Under the pieces are notes generated by a model. That model saw only the letters and a list, made by a program, of their open reading frames with translations, was not told where the DNA came from and searched no databases. DNA of 64,000 nt, taken from the NCBI GenBank assembly GCA_904063045.1, contig CAJFCJ010000031.1, positions 219,105 through 283,104 on the forward strand, written 5' to 3'. The translations under genes were made by a program, and so were the position numbers. The DNA comes from Dimorphilus gyrociliatus (Eukaryota; Animalia; Annelida). This document shows, one piece after another, positions 1-24,500 of this stretch (the stretch's first letter is position 1; every line of letters starts with the position of its first letter).

Positions 1-1390
1 ATATTAATTGGTTTCACGCTGAAAGTAACTAAATGAAATAATCCCGTGAAAATAAAAGAAACGTAAGAAACCAAAGGAAGATTAGCCTTGTTAAAGGACA
101 GCACATTTTTTTAGCACCCCAACCTTGAAAATAAACTTGAAATAGGAAGTATCCCTGGATGAGCTTTATTCTATGTTTTGTATAAATAGACTAAATTGGC
201 AAAATTTACTTTTCGAGGTGCTTCAATGCAGTATAAAAAAAACCATCTGGGCCTGTGAAAAGTTGGTGCAAGAATAAGAAAAGAGAGAAATTATTTATAA
301 ATCTTTAAGAGAATAAAAGAGAGAGAGAGAGAGAGAGAATGAACTAATAGAAAAGATGCTAAAAAATATATTTTTCTATTTCTCCCTCAGATACTGTCAC
401 TTATAGAGGAGAGAGAAGAATTCTTAAATTTTATCTCTCATAGGCTTTTAAGTAGTTTCGTGCCCTTCTTTCAAACTTGTTCATTTTATCGCCAGTACAT
501 TTAAAGAAGCCATTTTTTAACACGACTAATCCAGTAGTGCAGCTTCTCTTACTAATAATTAGTTTTCCTTTATTAATTGAATTCACAGAAAATTCAACTA
601 TTTAACTTTTTTCTTCCCTTTTTTCCCTTTATTTTGCTCTTCTCCTTTTTTCTTTTCTTTCTTTTTAAAAAAAAAAGTTTTTTTTAATTCTACAATTATT
701 AAATTCCTAAATTTTTTATAGTAAAAATAGTGACAGATGATTCACAAGTGATGCGTACTTCCACCAAGATCTTACTTCCGCTTAAAAATATATGACTAAC
801 TGGAAAATATTAGAGTATATTTAAAAAACCGAACTAATTTTATAAAGAAATAAAACGTAGGCACATTTCTTGTCAATATAGGCCTAAAACATTGATTGTA
901 ATAGAATCTAGAGCTGATTAACGTAAAAAATATTTAAACTTAGCAATTTATTTGAAAAATAAATGATAATATAATGAGATAAGGATGAATTGCATTGTGT
1001 TTTACTATTTTATAGTTTGATGAATAATGAAATCGTGCTACATTTCTAAAGGAAATGTATTTGTTTGTTAATGTAACAAATTTGTATTAGAAACCTTTTA
1101 TAAATTTGGATAATTCACTATTGTTAATTATTCCATTTCGTAAAAAAGGTTATTTAAAAATAGACATCAAAATGCTTGTTGTTAAAAGTGCCATTAGACT
1201 GCGAGTCTATCGGGGAGAATTAAAATGGCCGTCTATACAGTCAAATAGTACTCCACTATTCTAAGCGTGATACTCGTTAATAAAGTATTTTCTCGAAAGT
1301 ACCAAATTGTGGTTTAGAGGAAGCGGAAATTAACGGAGCGGTTGATAGACAACATCTAGACTAATAAATAGAATCAATAATAAACGAACT

Positions 1391-3010
1391 ATGGCTGTGC
1401 CACAAACTGATTCTGTGGACGAAAAACCAGCTAGTAGGAAACCTAAAGGTATTCTTTGACATTTAGTACTAAAATTTGGACTGATCATCAAATTTTAACT
1501 TGTAACTGTTGATAACTGAAACATCAGGTTATTCTATCAATGGAGATTAAACATTCATAATTCATTACAGATTCAAAGTTTAAACAACAAAAATTGCCTG
1601 CCTGGCAGCCAATTCTAACTGCACAGACCGTTTTACCCGTATTTGCCGCGATAGGAATAGCTTTCATACCCATAGGAATTGCCCTATTAATCACATCAAA
1701 CAATGTAATATCCTTTGATAAACGTTCACAACGATAACGACTAAATCACTATTATTTGTTTATAGGTGATGGAAATAAAAAAAGATTATACACACTGCAA
1801 TGATACAGAGACAGGGCAGTCGTGCGCTCGCGTTATCAGGGATGGTACCAAAAAGACCTGTAAATGCGAAGTTAAGTTTAACATTGCAGAGGGAGAAGAA
1901 TTAAAAGGAAATGTCTATCTCTATTATGGCCTATCGAATTTTTATCAAAACCACAGAAGATATGTTAGATCTAGAGATGACGATCAATTAAGGGGAGAAA
2001 CTGGTAAACTAACCGACTATTGCGATCCGTATAAAGATGAAAAAAATTCGACAAGCGGTAAAACCTTTAAATACGCTCCATGTGGTTCAATTGCCAATAG
2101 TTTTTTTCAAGGTATATATATATAATTGTATATATTCGTATTTAAAAAAATAGAATTTTTTTATACGAAAATAGAATGTTCGATAATAATTTTGTTTGTT
2201 TATTTACCTATCCAGACAGATTTAGTTTATCTTACCAAAAACCGAATAAAGAATACGTTACAGCTAAATTAAAAAATACTGGTATTGCATGGTCAACGGA
2301 TAAAAGAGTCAAGTTTAACAATCCGGGTGGTAAACCTTTAAAAGAAGGTTTGCACTATTTATAAACAAATATACTAATATATATGTATAATTAACTAATT
2401 ATTTACATATAAAACGGACAGCCTTTAAAGATACAATAAAGCCGAAAAATTGGCTGAAACCTGTCTATGAATTGGATACTGAAAATGAAGATAATAACGG
2501 TTATAAAAACGAAGATTTAATAGTATGGATGCGTACCGCAGCTTTAAATACTTTTAGGAAATTGCATAGAATAGTTGATACAAGTGATGAATATTTTAAG
2601 TAAGTTTCTTCAATATACAGAGATGCACATCTCTTTTCAAACTTCAACATCAATTATGCTTATTAATAATGTAATAATATTATAATTAGAGACGGATTGA
2701 GAGCTGGAAACTATAAAATTGATGTAGATTATTCTTTTGAAGTAGACTCCTTTAAAGGGAAGAAGTATATAATACTAACAACAACATCTTGGCTAGGAGG
2801 AAAGAACCCTTTTTTGGGTATTGCTTATATTGTTACTGGAAGCGTTTGTATTGTTTTGGCGGTTGTATTTTTTATAATTCATATAAAAATAGGAAAAAAG
2901 TAAGTTACATACTTTTTTTATAAATCTCAAAAATAACTTTAACTAAACATATCTCTTGTTGTAGACCGCATGAAATGGTATCGAATGTAGATAGTAGTAC
3001 GGAATATTAG
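1391..3010 (+). CDS. TMEM30: CDC50/TMEM30 (LEM3) family P4-ATPase beta subunit. Seven coding exons: 1391-1448, 1571-1704, 1766-2111, 2216-2347, 2422-2599, 2690-2899, 2965-3010 (stop TAG 3008-3010).
   Basis: The spliced product reads [64 protein letters not shown] ... [14 protein letters not shown] ... [15 protein letters not shown] ... WLKPVYELD ... [19 protein letters not shown] ... [30 protein letters not shown]. These motifs follow human CDC50A from memory ([76 protein letters not shown]). Two TM segments flank a lumenal domain. All introns are GT-AG and phases are consistent. Confidence 0.85.
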
Positions 3011-3164
3011 AAGGATGATCAGGAAAAATTAGAAAATTAATGCTGATTATGATCATCGTCATGACGAAAAGAAGTTCGCATTTTAAGCATTCCTTTTACA
3101 ATTCAAAAGAACAAAAGATTTTGGCCAATTTGTTTTTTATTCATTAGACATACTCCCCCCCCCC

Positions 3165-3165
<1 letters not shown>

Positions 3166-3200
<35 letters not shown>

Positions 3201-3295
3201 TCTTCCTTTCTTTCTTAATTCTTTTGACGCTCACTGTCTTTTCCTCTCTCTTTCTCTCTCTCCCTCTCTCTCTATTAATCCTATTAGAGCATCCA
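3166..3295. repeat. C12 homopolymer followed by a degenerate (TC)n/(CT)n microsatellite.
   Basis: CCCCCCCCCCCCTTTCTCTCTCTCTCTCTCTCTCTCTCTTCCTCTTCC... read directly. It sits in the intergenic/3'-UTR region between CDC50 and NF1. Confidence 0.9.
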
Positions 3296-3579
3296 CTAAT
3301 ACAGTTTTAGACTTTTTTGTTTACTATATTCATTTTTTTAAAATATTCAATTTATATTTTCATAAAATATTGCAAATTTATGCTTTTCTCTCCTTTTCTC
3401 TGCAATGAAATCCACCTATTTAATTCCTTTTTTCCTCAATGAAGATTTATTGTATTTTATATAATCTTGCTCTTGTAAATTATATGCAAACTTGTTTTAA
3501 TATTAAGCGAATGTGATGTTATAACTTATTTATGTATGTACATATGAACTGTATATTTATCTTTCTCTCTCTCTTTGTC

Positions 3580-3611
<32 letters not shown>

Positions 3612-4228
3612 AAAAGAGGCAAAGTACTACCAGTGTGAACTATTTCCTAGTCGTTGGTTGCTTCTTACAAACAATGAGCCTAAGTAAAACATAACTTTAT
3701 GGTGATTATTGTCATATAATACTACGTCAGGACGATTTAGCTTTTCAAAATTACTCATTTACATTGGGAGAGAGAGAGAGAGAGAGTATCTAAATAAAAA
3801 TTTTACAAAGCTAAAATACGTTTGTTGTTCAATTGATTTCTGTAGGTTTTCTTCTTTTATATACAAAGTTTATATATATATATAATACATAGGATTGTTA
3901 AAGATTAGTTGTTTGTAAGTTTTAAGGAAAACGATTAAGTGTATATATATACACTGTCTATAAGTATATACCTAATATATCCAGTATACAAAGGTATACA
4001 TTTATACAGTAAAAGAATAAAAAGCAAAATGGAAACCGTCCGCTTATAAAGGTATCATTGTTATCATATATGTTTTGTTTTGTTGTTGTTTTTTTTCAAT
4101 ACATTCGGAAAAAGAACGAGAAAATGCTTTAATGATCGAAAACATCGAACGTACAATAAAAAATATCAAAACAGCCAAACGAATAAAAGCAAACGGACTA
4201 GAACGACAGATATGTTTTGAGATCGTTT

Positions 4229-16400
<12,172 letters not shown>

Positions 16401-16491
16401 TCGGTAGCTTCTCTATAGCGTTTAGCTCTTTACGGATCGCTATACATGTGTAAATTTTACAAAATATCTGCAGACAATACTTGAGCTTCTA

Positions 16492-16509
16492 CGCGCATGG
16501 CCGCATGCG
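16492..16509. promoter_or_regulatory. Tandem GCGCATG / GCATGCG half-palindromes plus three ATGGCG/GGCGGCCATTTTTT elements (16540-16640), immediately 5' of the NF1 first exon. This is the probable NF1 promoter.
   Basis: CTACGCGCATGGCCGCATGCGTAAAG lies ~90 bp upstream (in the NF1 sense) of the NF1 ATG at 16400. Then come AATGGCGCCCTTTTTCAAATAT, CAATATGGCGATG and GGCGGCCATTTTTTAAATATA. Confidence 0.4.
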
Positions 16510-17586
16510 TAAAGCCGTAAAAGCAAATAATGAGCTGGAATGGCGCCCTTTTTCAAATATCATATCTAAAACACTATTTCAATATGGCGATGCTCTTTGC
16601 GGTATAGGCGGCCATTTTTTAAATATAGATCAGTTGCAGTCGAATATTTTTAGCGCCACCTATTCTACCCTAAGCTATTTAAATTTTTTTCAGCATCTAA
16701 GCTTTCTAATACCTCCAATGACAAGTTTTTTCAATGTAATAGGCATTTAGGGATCAACATCAAATGCAAAGAGAATGCATTAAAACGAACGAAAAATATT
16801 TAAAAGCTAAAACATAAACACATTGATTAATGCACCCCAACCGGTGAAATGTATTTCCGCGAAGATATTGATCGATTCTTAATTAGGGAGCCATTTTAAT
16901 TTTGTTACCCTAGATAATGGGCAAATTTCTGAGAAATTCAATAATATTACAAAATTCTCAGCTGACTACTATCAGTTGACAACGTGGATGAGTCATTGAG
17001 AACCAGCGTTGAAGATTTAACTGATGTCTCCAATAGCGACAAGGAGACGAACCTGTTGAAAATTACAAGTTCCAATGCAGCCCTATAAGAAATGAGTAGA
17101 GAGTGGTAATAGTATACTTTATTACTGAAAGTGTAGAAGTTGTTTGTTGTAAATAATCTTTTTTCATCCCTTATAGAAACATAGTGAACTTTTAACCTTA
17201 GTGAACCAAATAACCATTCGCCAATATTTCAACTAGTGCTAAGATAGTCAATCAAAATGTTTTCGTTTACTTAATTGTTGGCGAAAAGAGGGCTGGGCAA
17301 CGGCGTTTCTTTTTTTTTCTGTTAAATTAATTGTAACGTTACTCCCATATAGTTTTTTTTTTCTGAATTTAGCCATTAAATATATATCTTTTCTTTGAAG
17401 ATATTTTTTCTAAAATTATTCCCCTCTTTTTTTGTGTAAGAAAAACTTTCTATAGTAATAAAATTCGTATTGTTTTTTGTTTTGTTTTGTTTTGTTTTTC
17501 TCCGTTTTCTCTATTTCAGACAAACTTCTCTTTTAGTAACAATTTCATATATATATATATATACAAGTTTGTCAAAAAAAACATAT

Positions 17587-17607
17587 ACACACACACACAC
17601 ACACACA
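17587..17607. repeat. (AC)n microsatellite preceded by (AT)n.
   Basis: ATATATATATATACAAG...ACATATACACACACACACACACACACAGG read directly. Confidence 0.9.
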
Positions 17608-19053
17608 GGTATTTATTTTCAAAAATTTTGTTGCAGTTTTTAAATGACACCTTATTTAGCTATACTAGCTTCAATTTGTCATGAAAATGTAGAAGATGTT
17701 GAAGGTCATCTTTTTTATTTTTTTTTCTGCTAACTTCATCAGAAAATATGTTAATGAGACTGATAAAAAGCAATCTCTTTCGCAATTGTTTCCATAATTC
17801 TTTCACATTGTACAGTTTCCTAGTCTATAAACGTAAAATCATAAAATATGTGACGTCATAAAGTGTTTAACTATATATATATATATTATCAATACATTTT
17901 CTACTTTCAATGAAAAAGAACTATTCTGTTCAGAAATGAATACAACATGCCGAAGGAAGAGATGAAAAAATGTTCCTACAGAAATATTTCATCTGATTAA
18001 CTCAATTAAATATTACATTGCAAATAGCATCAATTGAGTTCTATAAAAAGGTATGTAATTAATTACGTAAAGGTGAAAAGAAAGTTTATATAGTCGATTA
18101 ATCCATATAATTTAAGATTAAAGAAAGAGACGAAAAAGTTTAGGACAATTGAAAACCAAAAAGAACAGTTTTATCGTCTATGTCTAAGCATTCAGTTTTC
18201 TGGTAAAATATTAATAGTTTTCTAAGAAAAATATTAATTTTTCGCTTTTATTTAAGCATATAATTCCCCTTTTATGAATATTCATCGTTAATCGGATAGT
18301 CTTAAATAATGGATTTAAGAAAATTTTGAAAGGAAACATAATGAGATAGTAATTGAAATGGTATTTATAAGTAAAACTATTCTAGTTTATGAAATTCATC
18401 ATATATGCTGTAAAATATTGAAATATTACATTGATTATACTAGTCTAATTATAAGGTTAGATTAAATATGAAATTACACAAGACGTCTAACAAATGCATA
18501 AATTTCAGGGATAATGAATGAAATTAATAAGAATACACTACTTGTGGATTGGAGAACTGGCTTTGAATACAAAACTACTTCTTGGTGAATAAATTTGTGA
18601 GATGGATAAGCCTATAATAGGAATTAGTAATATACCTTTCGTAACGGGGGCAATTAGTGGAAATGTAAGCATTAATTGTTATAGGAAGTTGGTCATTACA
18701 TATTTAGCATAGCCTGTTTATCAATATTGATGAGTTCCTCTGTTTATTGTCATAATACGTATCGTTTAGCAAATACTTTACACATATTCTACTAATACAG
18801 CTATATTTATTAAAAATTCATATTACATATATTCGAAATTAAAGAGGGTAAGTCTGAATATCTTGGATAGATGCTTCGTAAGCGAAAGTAAATTAGGTAA
18901 AACGTTTCAACGATTGAACTTGGTGAAAGAAAGTTAGTGATAAAGTAATAAACAACAGAGTCGGTTAATGGACGGGGCAAAATTGCTATGACGCTTCCTT
19001 TCCGGAAAGCGGGCAAAGCAATCGTGCGTCATTGGGCATCGAGGAATAGAAGG

Positions 19054-19445
19054 ATGAGGATAAAGTACATGTCCCTAGCAATACTTTTAATTTTCGTCGT
19101 ACTTGGCGGATGTTATAAACAGGAATGTGGTAGTAATCCAATAACCGAATTACAATCCATCGCCAAGAGAGCAGGTACTCTTTTCTTTCTCTTTTTAAAA
19201 ACTTTTTATTAATTTATTCAAAGAATTCGTGAATTTTTATACTTAATTATTATTATTGGCGTTCTGCGGATATTAATTAAAAATCAACAGGGGTTAGTCT
19301 TGAAAAAGTTCTATCCACCCTCAAGGAACTTGATGGTAGCAAATACGACAGATTGAAGATTGACTTCCTATCATATGCCTACTGTGTTGGTCTATTCGAT
19401 ACGGGATACTTTCGTAAGAAAAGATCTCCCCCGTCCACTGCATAA
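19054..19445 (+). CDS. Candidate novel small secreted / prohormone-like protein of 91 aa in two exons: 19054-19174 and 19291-19445, intron 116 bp, GT-AG.
   Basis: Exon 1 encodes MRIKYMSLAILLIFVVLGGCYKQECGSNPITELQSIAKRA, a classic signal peptide with a basic n-region and a 14-residue hydrophobic core. The donor is GCAG|GTACTC. Exon 2 follows acceptor ...AAAATCAACAG and encodes GVSLEKVLSTLKELDGSKYDRLKIDFLSYAYCVGLFDTGYFRKKRSPPSTA* with KR and RKKR dibasic sites. I recognise no homolog. It is not supported by the ORF track as a single ORF. Confidence 0.35.
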
Positions 19446-19763
19446 AAAAGTAAGAGAGAAAAGAGAATATCAAGAAAGAAGCTTATTGTTGTCTGCTTCA
19501 ATTCGTTAACAGCTTGATCCGAAATAAACGCAATTAGATAGGTAAAAAAAGAGGGAACTCCTGCTGAAGCAACTGGACTGAGTATTATGAAAATAAATTG
19601 CTGCCATTTAAAAAAAAAATCGCCGATATATTCAATGATCAAAAGTAAAATTCGCTTATTGTGCAAATTTTTGCTCTCCGGGCGGCTTAGTAATTCGTGT
19701 CCAAATGTTCAAATATTAAATAAAAAAAAGAAAACAGAAAACAAAGACAGCTTATCATTTCAA

Positions 19764-20318
19764 TCAAATATCTTCGCTAGGGTACGAGGCTAGGTTCTTT
19801 CGAATACCCACAAGATCGATCGATTGAGGCTGCTTTTCTTTCTTCTCTTCCATAGTCTGCCTCATCTTAAATGCCAACGCTAAACCAACCGGGCTATCTG
19901 CTTTGGCCGCTTGTTTATTATGAGATATTTTTGCGGCTCTTCTTACATCTTCTCGTCGCGTTGTCGTATAACTGTCCGACAAAGGGGTTTTCCTCGTTTC
20001 TTGAGCTTTCACTTCTGTAGCTTTAGAAGTTAGCTGCCAAGAGTTATATTTATCACCCAAAGTTTCTTTAGATTTTGGAGGATTGACACGCCGACTGCTA
20101 TTACACATCAGTAGTATAACCTTCGCTATTACCGCTGGTTCAAAGTTGCGTTTTAACAATTCATTTAAATGGTCGAAAACGTGTGGCGGGATTAGAGCGC
20201 CACTTAACATGGATAACTCGTATAGTTCCATTTCTCTCTTTTGAAACGTTTGCTGGCCAACACCTCTAAATATTTCAGCCGTTCTCTTTAGTTCTTGAAT
20301 GTTCCTTTCGTCTTTCAT
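19764..20318 (-). CDS. Uncharacterised 184-aa protein in a single ORF. An acceptor-like TATTTAG sits immediately upstream of the ATG, so 5' exons are possible.
   Basis: The ORF-track ORF reads MKDERNIQELKRTAEIFRGVGQQTFQKREMELYELSMLSGALIPPHVFDHLNELLKRNFEPAVIAKVILLMCNSSRRVNPPKSK... with a basic/Ser-Thr-rich C-terminal half. Codon usage matches neighbouring genes. I could not place it in a family. Confidence 0.45.
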   Translation of the reverse strand: MKDERNIQELKRTAEIFRGVGQQTFQKREMELYELSMLSGALIPPHVFDHLNELLKRNFEPAVIAKVILLMCNSSRRVNPPKSKETLGDKYNSWQLTSKATEVKAQETRKTPLSDSYTTTRREDVRRAAKISHNKQAAKADSPVGLALAFKMRQTMEEKKEKQPQSIDLVGIRKNLASYPSEDI

Positions 20319-20433
20319 CTAAATATATATAGAAATAATTGTTTTGCGATTAACTTTGTCACAGTTTATATTTATGAAAGAAAAAAAAAAGCGATTTATT
20401 AAGAGAGTTTATATAGAAAAAAAAGAACAAAAA

Positions 20434-21561
20434 TTAAATATACGATGGTGCAAAAGCAATGTCAACTGGCCATGATCCAACAGCTTTTATACTGGAATAA
20501 AGGCCGATATGATAAGCAAGATTTGGTTGGACGAGTAGGCCAAGTAAGTTAAAGGAATTTAGGAAATTTGCAAGAGCAACATCTAGAGGGAAATGAATGG
20601 AGCATTTGACGTTGCTGAATTGTTTGCCAATTAAATCAACGACTGGCTTTCGGTAAAGTACAGCTACAGTTCCGTAGTCGGGAGCTGGAACACGGGTATA
20701 AAGCGATATTGAAATACGTCGCCATTGACTAAGGAATTGACGAGATAGAACCAATGCCATAATAATCGTTATAATAGACGTTAATAGAATACGACGTCTT
20801 CCTATCAAATAGATCGAAATTGAACACATTGCTAATAGCTCAACTAACGATTTAATATTCATTCCGAATCCATTCCACTCACTCTTCGCAAACAACTTTG
20901 CATAATCGAATTGCCAATTCGATTCAAGTATTCTTTGACTAACTTCAATTAACTGATCGTGCGGTAAACCGTCGTCTTCCAGCATTAGAATAGGAGAATC
21001 AGTTTGCAACTTTTTCGATATTTCTTTCATACAATAGACATAGTCGTCCTTTTCTCGCTCAAAATTTTCCAGAATGCTATGATGAGCGTTGTTCAAATGA
21101 AAGCGTTTAATAAAGGGTAGATATTCTTGCAAATACGTTGCTTCTGTATGATCTCCCGGACCTGGGTGAACGTTACAAACATTTAAGTAGACTCCTTTTA
21201 TTTTTTTGGCAAGCTTGTCCGCCTTAGCAGCAACTTGGGTTAAGTATCCGGCCTTCCTCGATCCAACCATTCTTTTTGTCGTTATTATATTTATAACAAG
21301 GGTGATCTCACTTGCATCTGTTATCTTTTTATAATAATTAATACTGATGTTCCTATCTACATTTTTCCAATAGTTTAAGGCTTGATTGAGGCGTAGATCG
21401 TTCCGTCCTTCAGCCAACGTGATTAAAGAACGTCGATCCCAAAAAAGACTTGTCAAAGGTGAATTGGGAATTTCTTTGCACACGTATACAAACAGAAGTA
21501 TTAAAGACAATACAAAGACTTTCTTTTTTGATGAAATTTGTTTTAGCTTTCCAAACTTCAT
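20434..21561 (-). CDS. Intronless type-II membrane protein of 375 aa, tentatively PGAP4/TMEM246-like. It has an N-terminal TM anchor plus a tandem TM hairpin in the middle of a glycosyltransferase-like domain.
   Basis: Single ORF. The N-terminal anchor is KKKVFVLSLILLFVYV. An internal hydrophobic pair LVELLAMCSISIYLIGRRRILLTSIITIIMALVLS splits a globular region carrying GPGDHTEATYLQEY, a DD motif (LMLEDDGLP), and WPVDIAFAPSY at the C-terminus. The topology (about 375-400 aa, three TMs with two inserted in a GT-A fold) matches what is described for PGAP4. The assignment rests on architecture, not a remembered alignment. Confidence 0.4.
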   Translation of the reverse strand: MKFGKLKQISSKKKVFVLSLILLFVYVCKEIPNSPLTSLFWDRRSLITLAEGRNDLRLNQALNYWKNVDRNISINYYKKITDASEITLVINIITTKRMVGSRKAGYLTQVAAKADKLAKKIKGVYLNVCNVHPGPGDHTEATYLQEYLPFIKRFHLNNAHHSILENFEREKDDYVYCMKEISKKLQTDSPILMLEDDGLPHDQLIEVSQRILESNWQFDYAKLFAKSEWNGFGMNIKSLVELLAMCSISIYLIGRRRILLTSIITIIMALVLSRQFLSQWRRISISLYTRVPAPDYGTVAVLYRKPVVDLIGKQFSNVKCSIHFPLDVALANFLNSFNLLGLLVQPNLAYHIGLYSSIKAVGSWPVDIAFAPSYI

Positions 21562-24500
21562 TTAAAAATTCTTGCAGTATCATTCAAAGTAATACGCGTT
21601 AAAAATAGCCAAGTTTAAATGATGGAAAAGCGTTTCAAGCACCCGAGAAATAAATTCAAACTAAGTACAAAATTATTAAATCTGCTAAACTCACTTTGGA
21701 AGCCATGATGTACTGATAAATATTTGGTAAAACTAGTTGATCAGTGAGTAAACAAACGATAATTGGTGAATAAAAAATACTCAAATAAAACAAAACATTC
21801 CTATGTGGGTACACTAATGTAGAATAATTTGGTAGCCCCCATTTGTAAAGCGGAGCCCGTAGCATGCAGCGACACCATTTTCTTCGGATATTCAAGAATA
21901 TTTTTGAATCGAGATAATTTCTTTGCAAAAGGTGGACGTTCTTTTAAAAAAATCAAAATAAACAAACAAACCAATAAATAATTTTTTAATTAATTAATTT
22001 TTTCCAGAAGAAATCTAAACCATTACGGCTTTGTGATCTTGTTTCATTGTCCATCTGATATTTTACACAAGAGGGAAGAGTATTACCCTCTTCCTATTAT
22101 TACGCATATTTTAATTAAAATATGTAAATTTACTGATGAAAAAAAAGTACTTTATGCAAAATACCCGATATTTTTCTTCTATGAATAATAATTAAAACTA
22201 AAATCAGAATATCTACTTTGTAACCTTTTTAATAAATCGTTGATACTCTAGTTCATCACGGGTTACCAATTGATTACTTATTAAAACTTTGCTAGATGTA
22301 TATACGTGCGTTCTCTTTTGGGATAAATGCAAAAGAAAAAAAAGAAACAAAACGCAATAAAGTTGTCGATAAATAATCCTAACTTAGTCATACTTGAAAA
22401 TCTTTTTTATTAGTTTATTTATAGAAAATGAATAAGCCTGAGCTTCCTAAATGAATAATGAACATTTGATATACGCAAAGCTCTTGCTATGAATTATTAT
22501 TACAATTGAGAACAAACAAAAATAACTCTAATACATAGTAGCAGTTTATTAAACGGGAAGAGGATTTAAATGGCTTAAAAAAAGGACACATAAGGTTAGA
22601 TTAATGAAAGAATGCATCTAACTGTTTCGAATCTTTATCTTGTCGTGTCTATTAGGAAAGAACTTGATAGAGAGAGCAATCTTTTGACAAAAGATAATCA
22701 GAAATGGAAAGTATATTAAAGTATTATTAGACCATAATAAAGGCGTGTATCCTTTTCTCTTTACCTCATCACGCCTCTACCTCCCTTATATATATACAGA
22801 CACAAATGTATATAGAAATTTACATGTATTATTTTATAATATAACAAGAAAATATACAATAGCTGAAGAGAAATGAAAGCTTCAATGTGCCGTTAACTAG
22901 CATAGTTATAATGTAAAATATAAGTTAATAATTTTCTGGCAACTTATTTAATAGTAGGATTATTAAAGTATATTTAGACAAAAGAATACTAATAATTATA
23001 ACTTCCGATTTTGGTGTCTTGTTTGATACATTAAGATGAGAAAAAAAGCAAATTATATATAAGAAAATATAGTTTAGATTAAATTAATACGATTAATTTA
23101 CTATACTTAATTAACAATATCATTTTTAAAACGTATTCTTGCTGCTTTCCAGCTTAATTCTACGTAATATAAAAAAACAAAAAGAAAGAGGACTAAGCAA
23201 AGAAGAAAACAATTCTCTGAAGCTACTTATCATTGGTATCCAATTATCTCTTGTGAGTTCTGTCTCAACGTTTAATACTTTCTAATTTTAGTCGTATTAT
23301 CTTTATTAATACAAGTTTATGAAAAATAAACCTAAGACAATAAATTTACGGCTAAGCTATCTTAGTATTAAAAAAATACTGTACATGCTGTGTATATTAT
23401 ATAAAATAATCATTGACTCTATAAACCAAGTATTATTGTTTGTATTATTGCAAACTTCTAACGTAAATAGTAAGCGTAAAAGGAGAGAAGGAGGGGAAGA
23501 GAGAGAGAGAGAGAGAGAGAAAGAAATATATAGGTATAAAGATAAAATACGGTATACTGTGTAATAACTAATTTAGCGAATACTGTATACGTAGTAAAAA
23601 CATAGAAGATGAAAGGGAACAAGGTATAAATTACTATTAAAAATGTCTTAAACTATTGCATTTAGTTCACATTGGTACAGACGTTCTAGATTTTCCAATT
23701 TGCTTTTTTAAATATAAGCATATATCATTATATCATGATATATATAGTATATATATATATATACATATATAATCTATATTTAGCATGAATTTTTAGCAAA
23801 TTATTCATAATTTCTATTAATCATTATTTAAAAGAATATAAAAATATATATATATACAGTATATATATATATAAATATATACAGTAAATATGTATTTTGT
23901 ATACTATACATTTTATTATTATATATAGTAGAAACGACGCTTTTTCAAATTATAAATTTATCATTGTACTTTCAATTTGTATACGATATTGTATTATATC
24001 TACTGTAGACTCGACTGCTATAAATTTTATGCAGAAGAGACGAGAAGAATATCATGTTCCATTTTTCTTATTTTTAAACATCTTCTAATCTCTTCTACTC
24101 TTCCTTCTTCTTTTTTTGTGCAAATGTCCTAACTCAGTCTCTTTATGTTATTATTTTCAATATTAATATTAATTATTTGATCATAATTTCAATATATGTA
24201 AATGTGGACAATTTACATTGTAACTCTATCTTTTTGCCCAAATATGATGTCTCAATTATACGTACATAACATATATGTACCGTATATATTGTTTATACCC
24301 TTTTACTGATTTATTTATACATAAACTATTGACCTAGTGAACGATTTATTTATAGATTAATTTACCAAGTCTTTACTTGAAATATTAATAGAAATGTCTA
24401 AAAATGGGATAATCAATTGATGACTTTATTAAATATTATGTCACGATGGTAAATACTCCATTGGTAAATAGTAACAAAACAATTTTATGTTTAGAGCCTT

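Noticed and set aside
16481-16750. An 89-aa plus-strand ORF overlapping the NF1 promoter region.
   Set aside because: It covers the ATGGCG/GCGCATG promoter motifs. It has no homology, atypical composition and no splice context, so it is most likely a chance ORF in regulatory DNA.
21656-21928. A 90-aa minus ORF directly upstream of the PGAP4-like gene, considered as an N-terminal extension.
   Set aside because: An in-frame stop separates it from the PGAP4-like ATG and there is no compatible splice-site pair. Composition and hydrophobic runs look like AT-rich noise.
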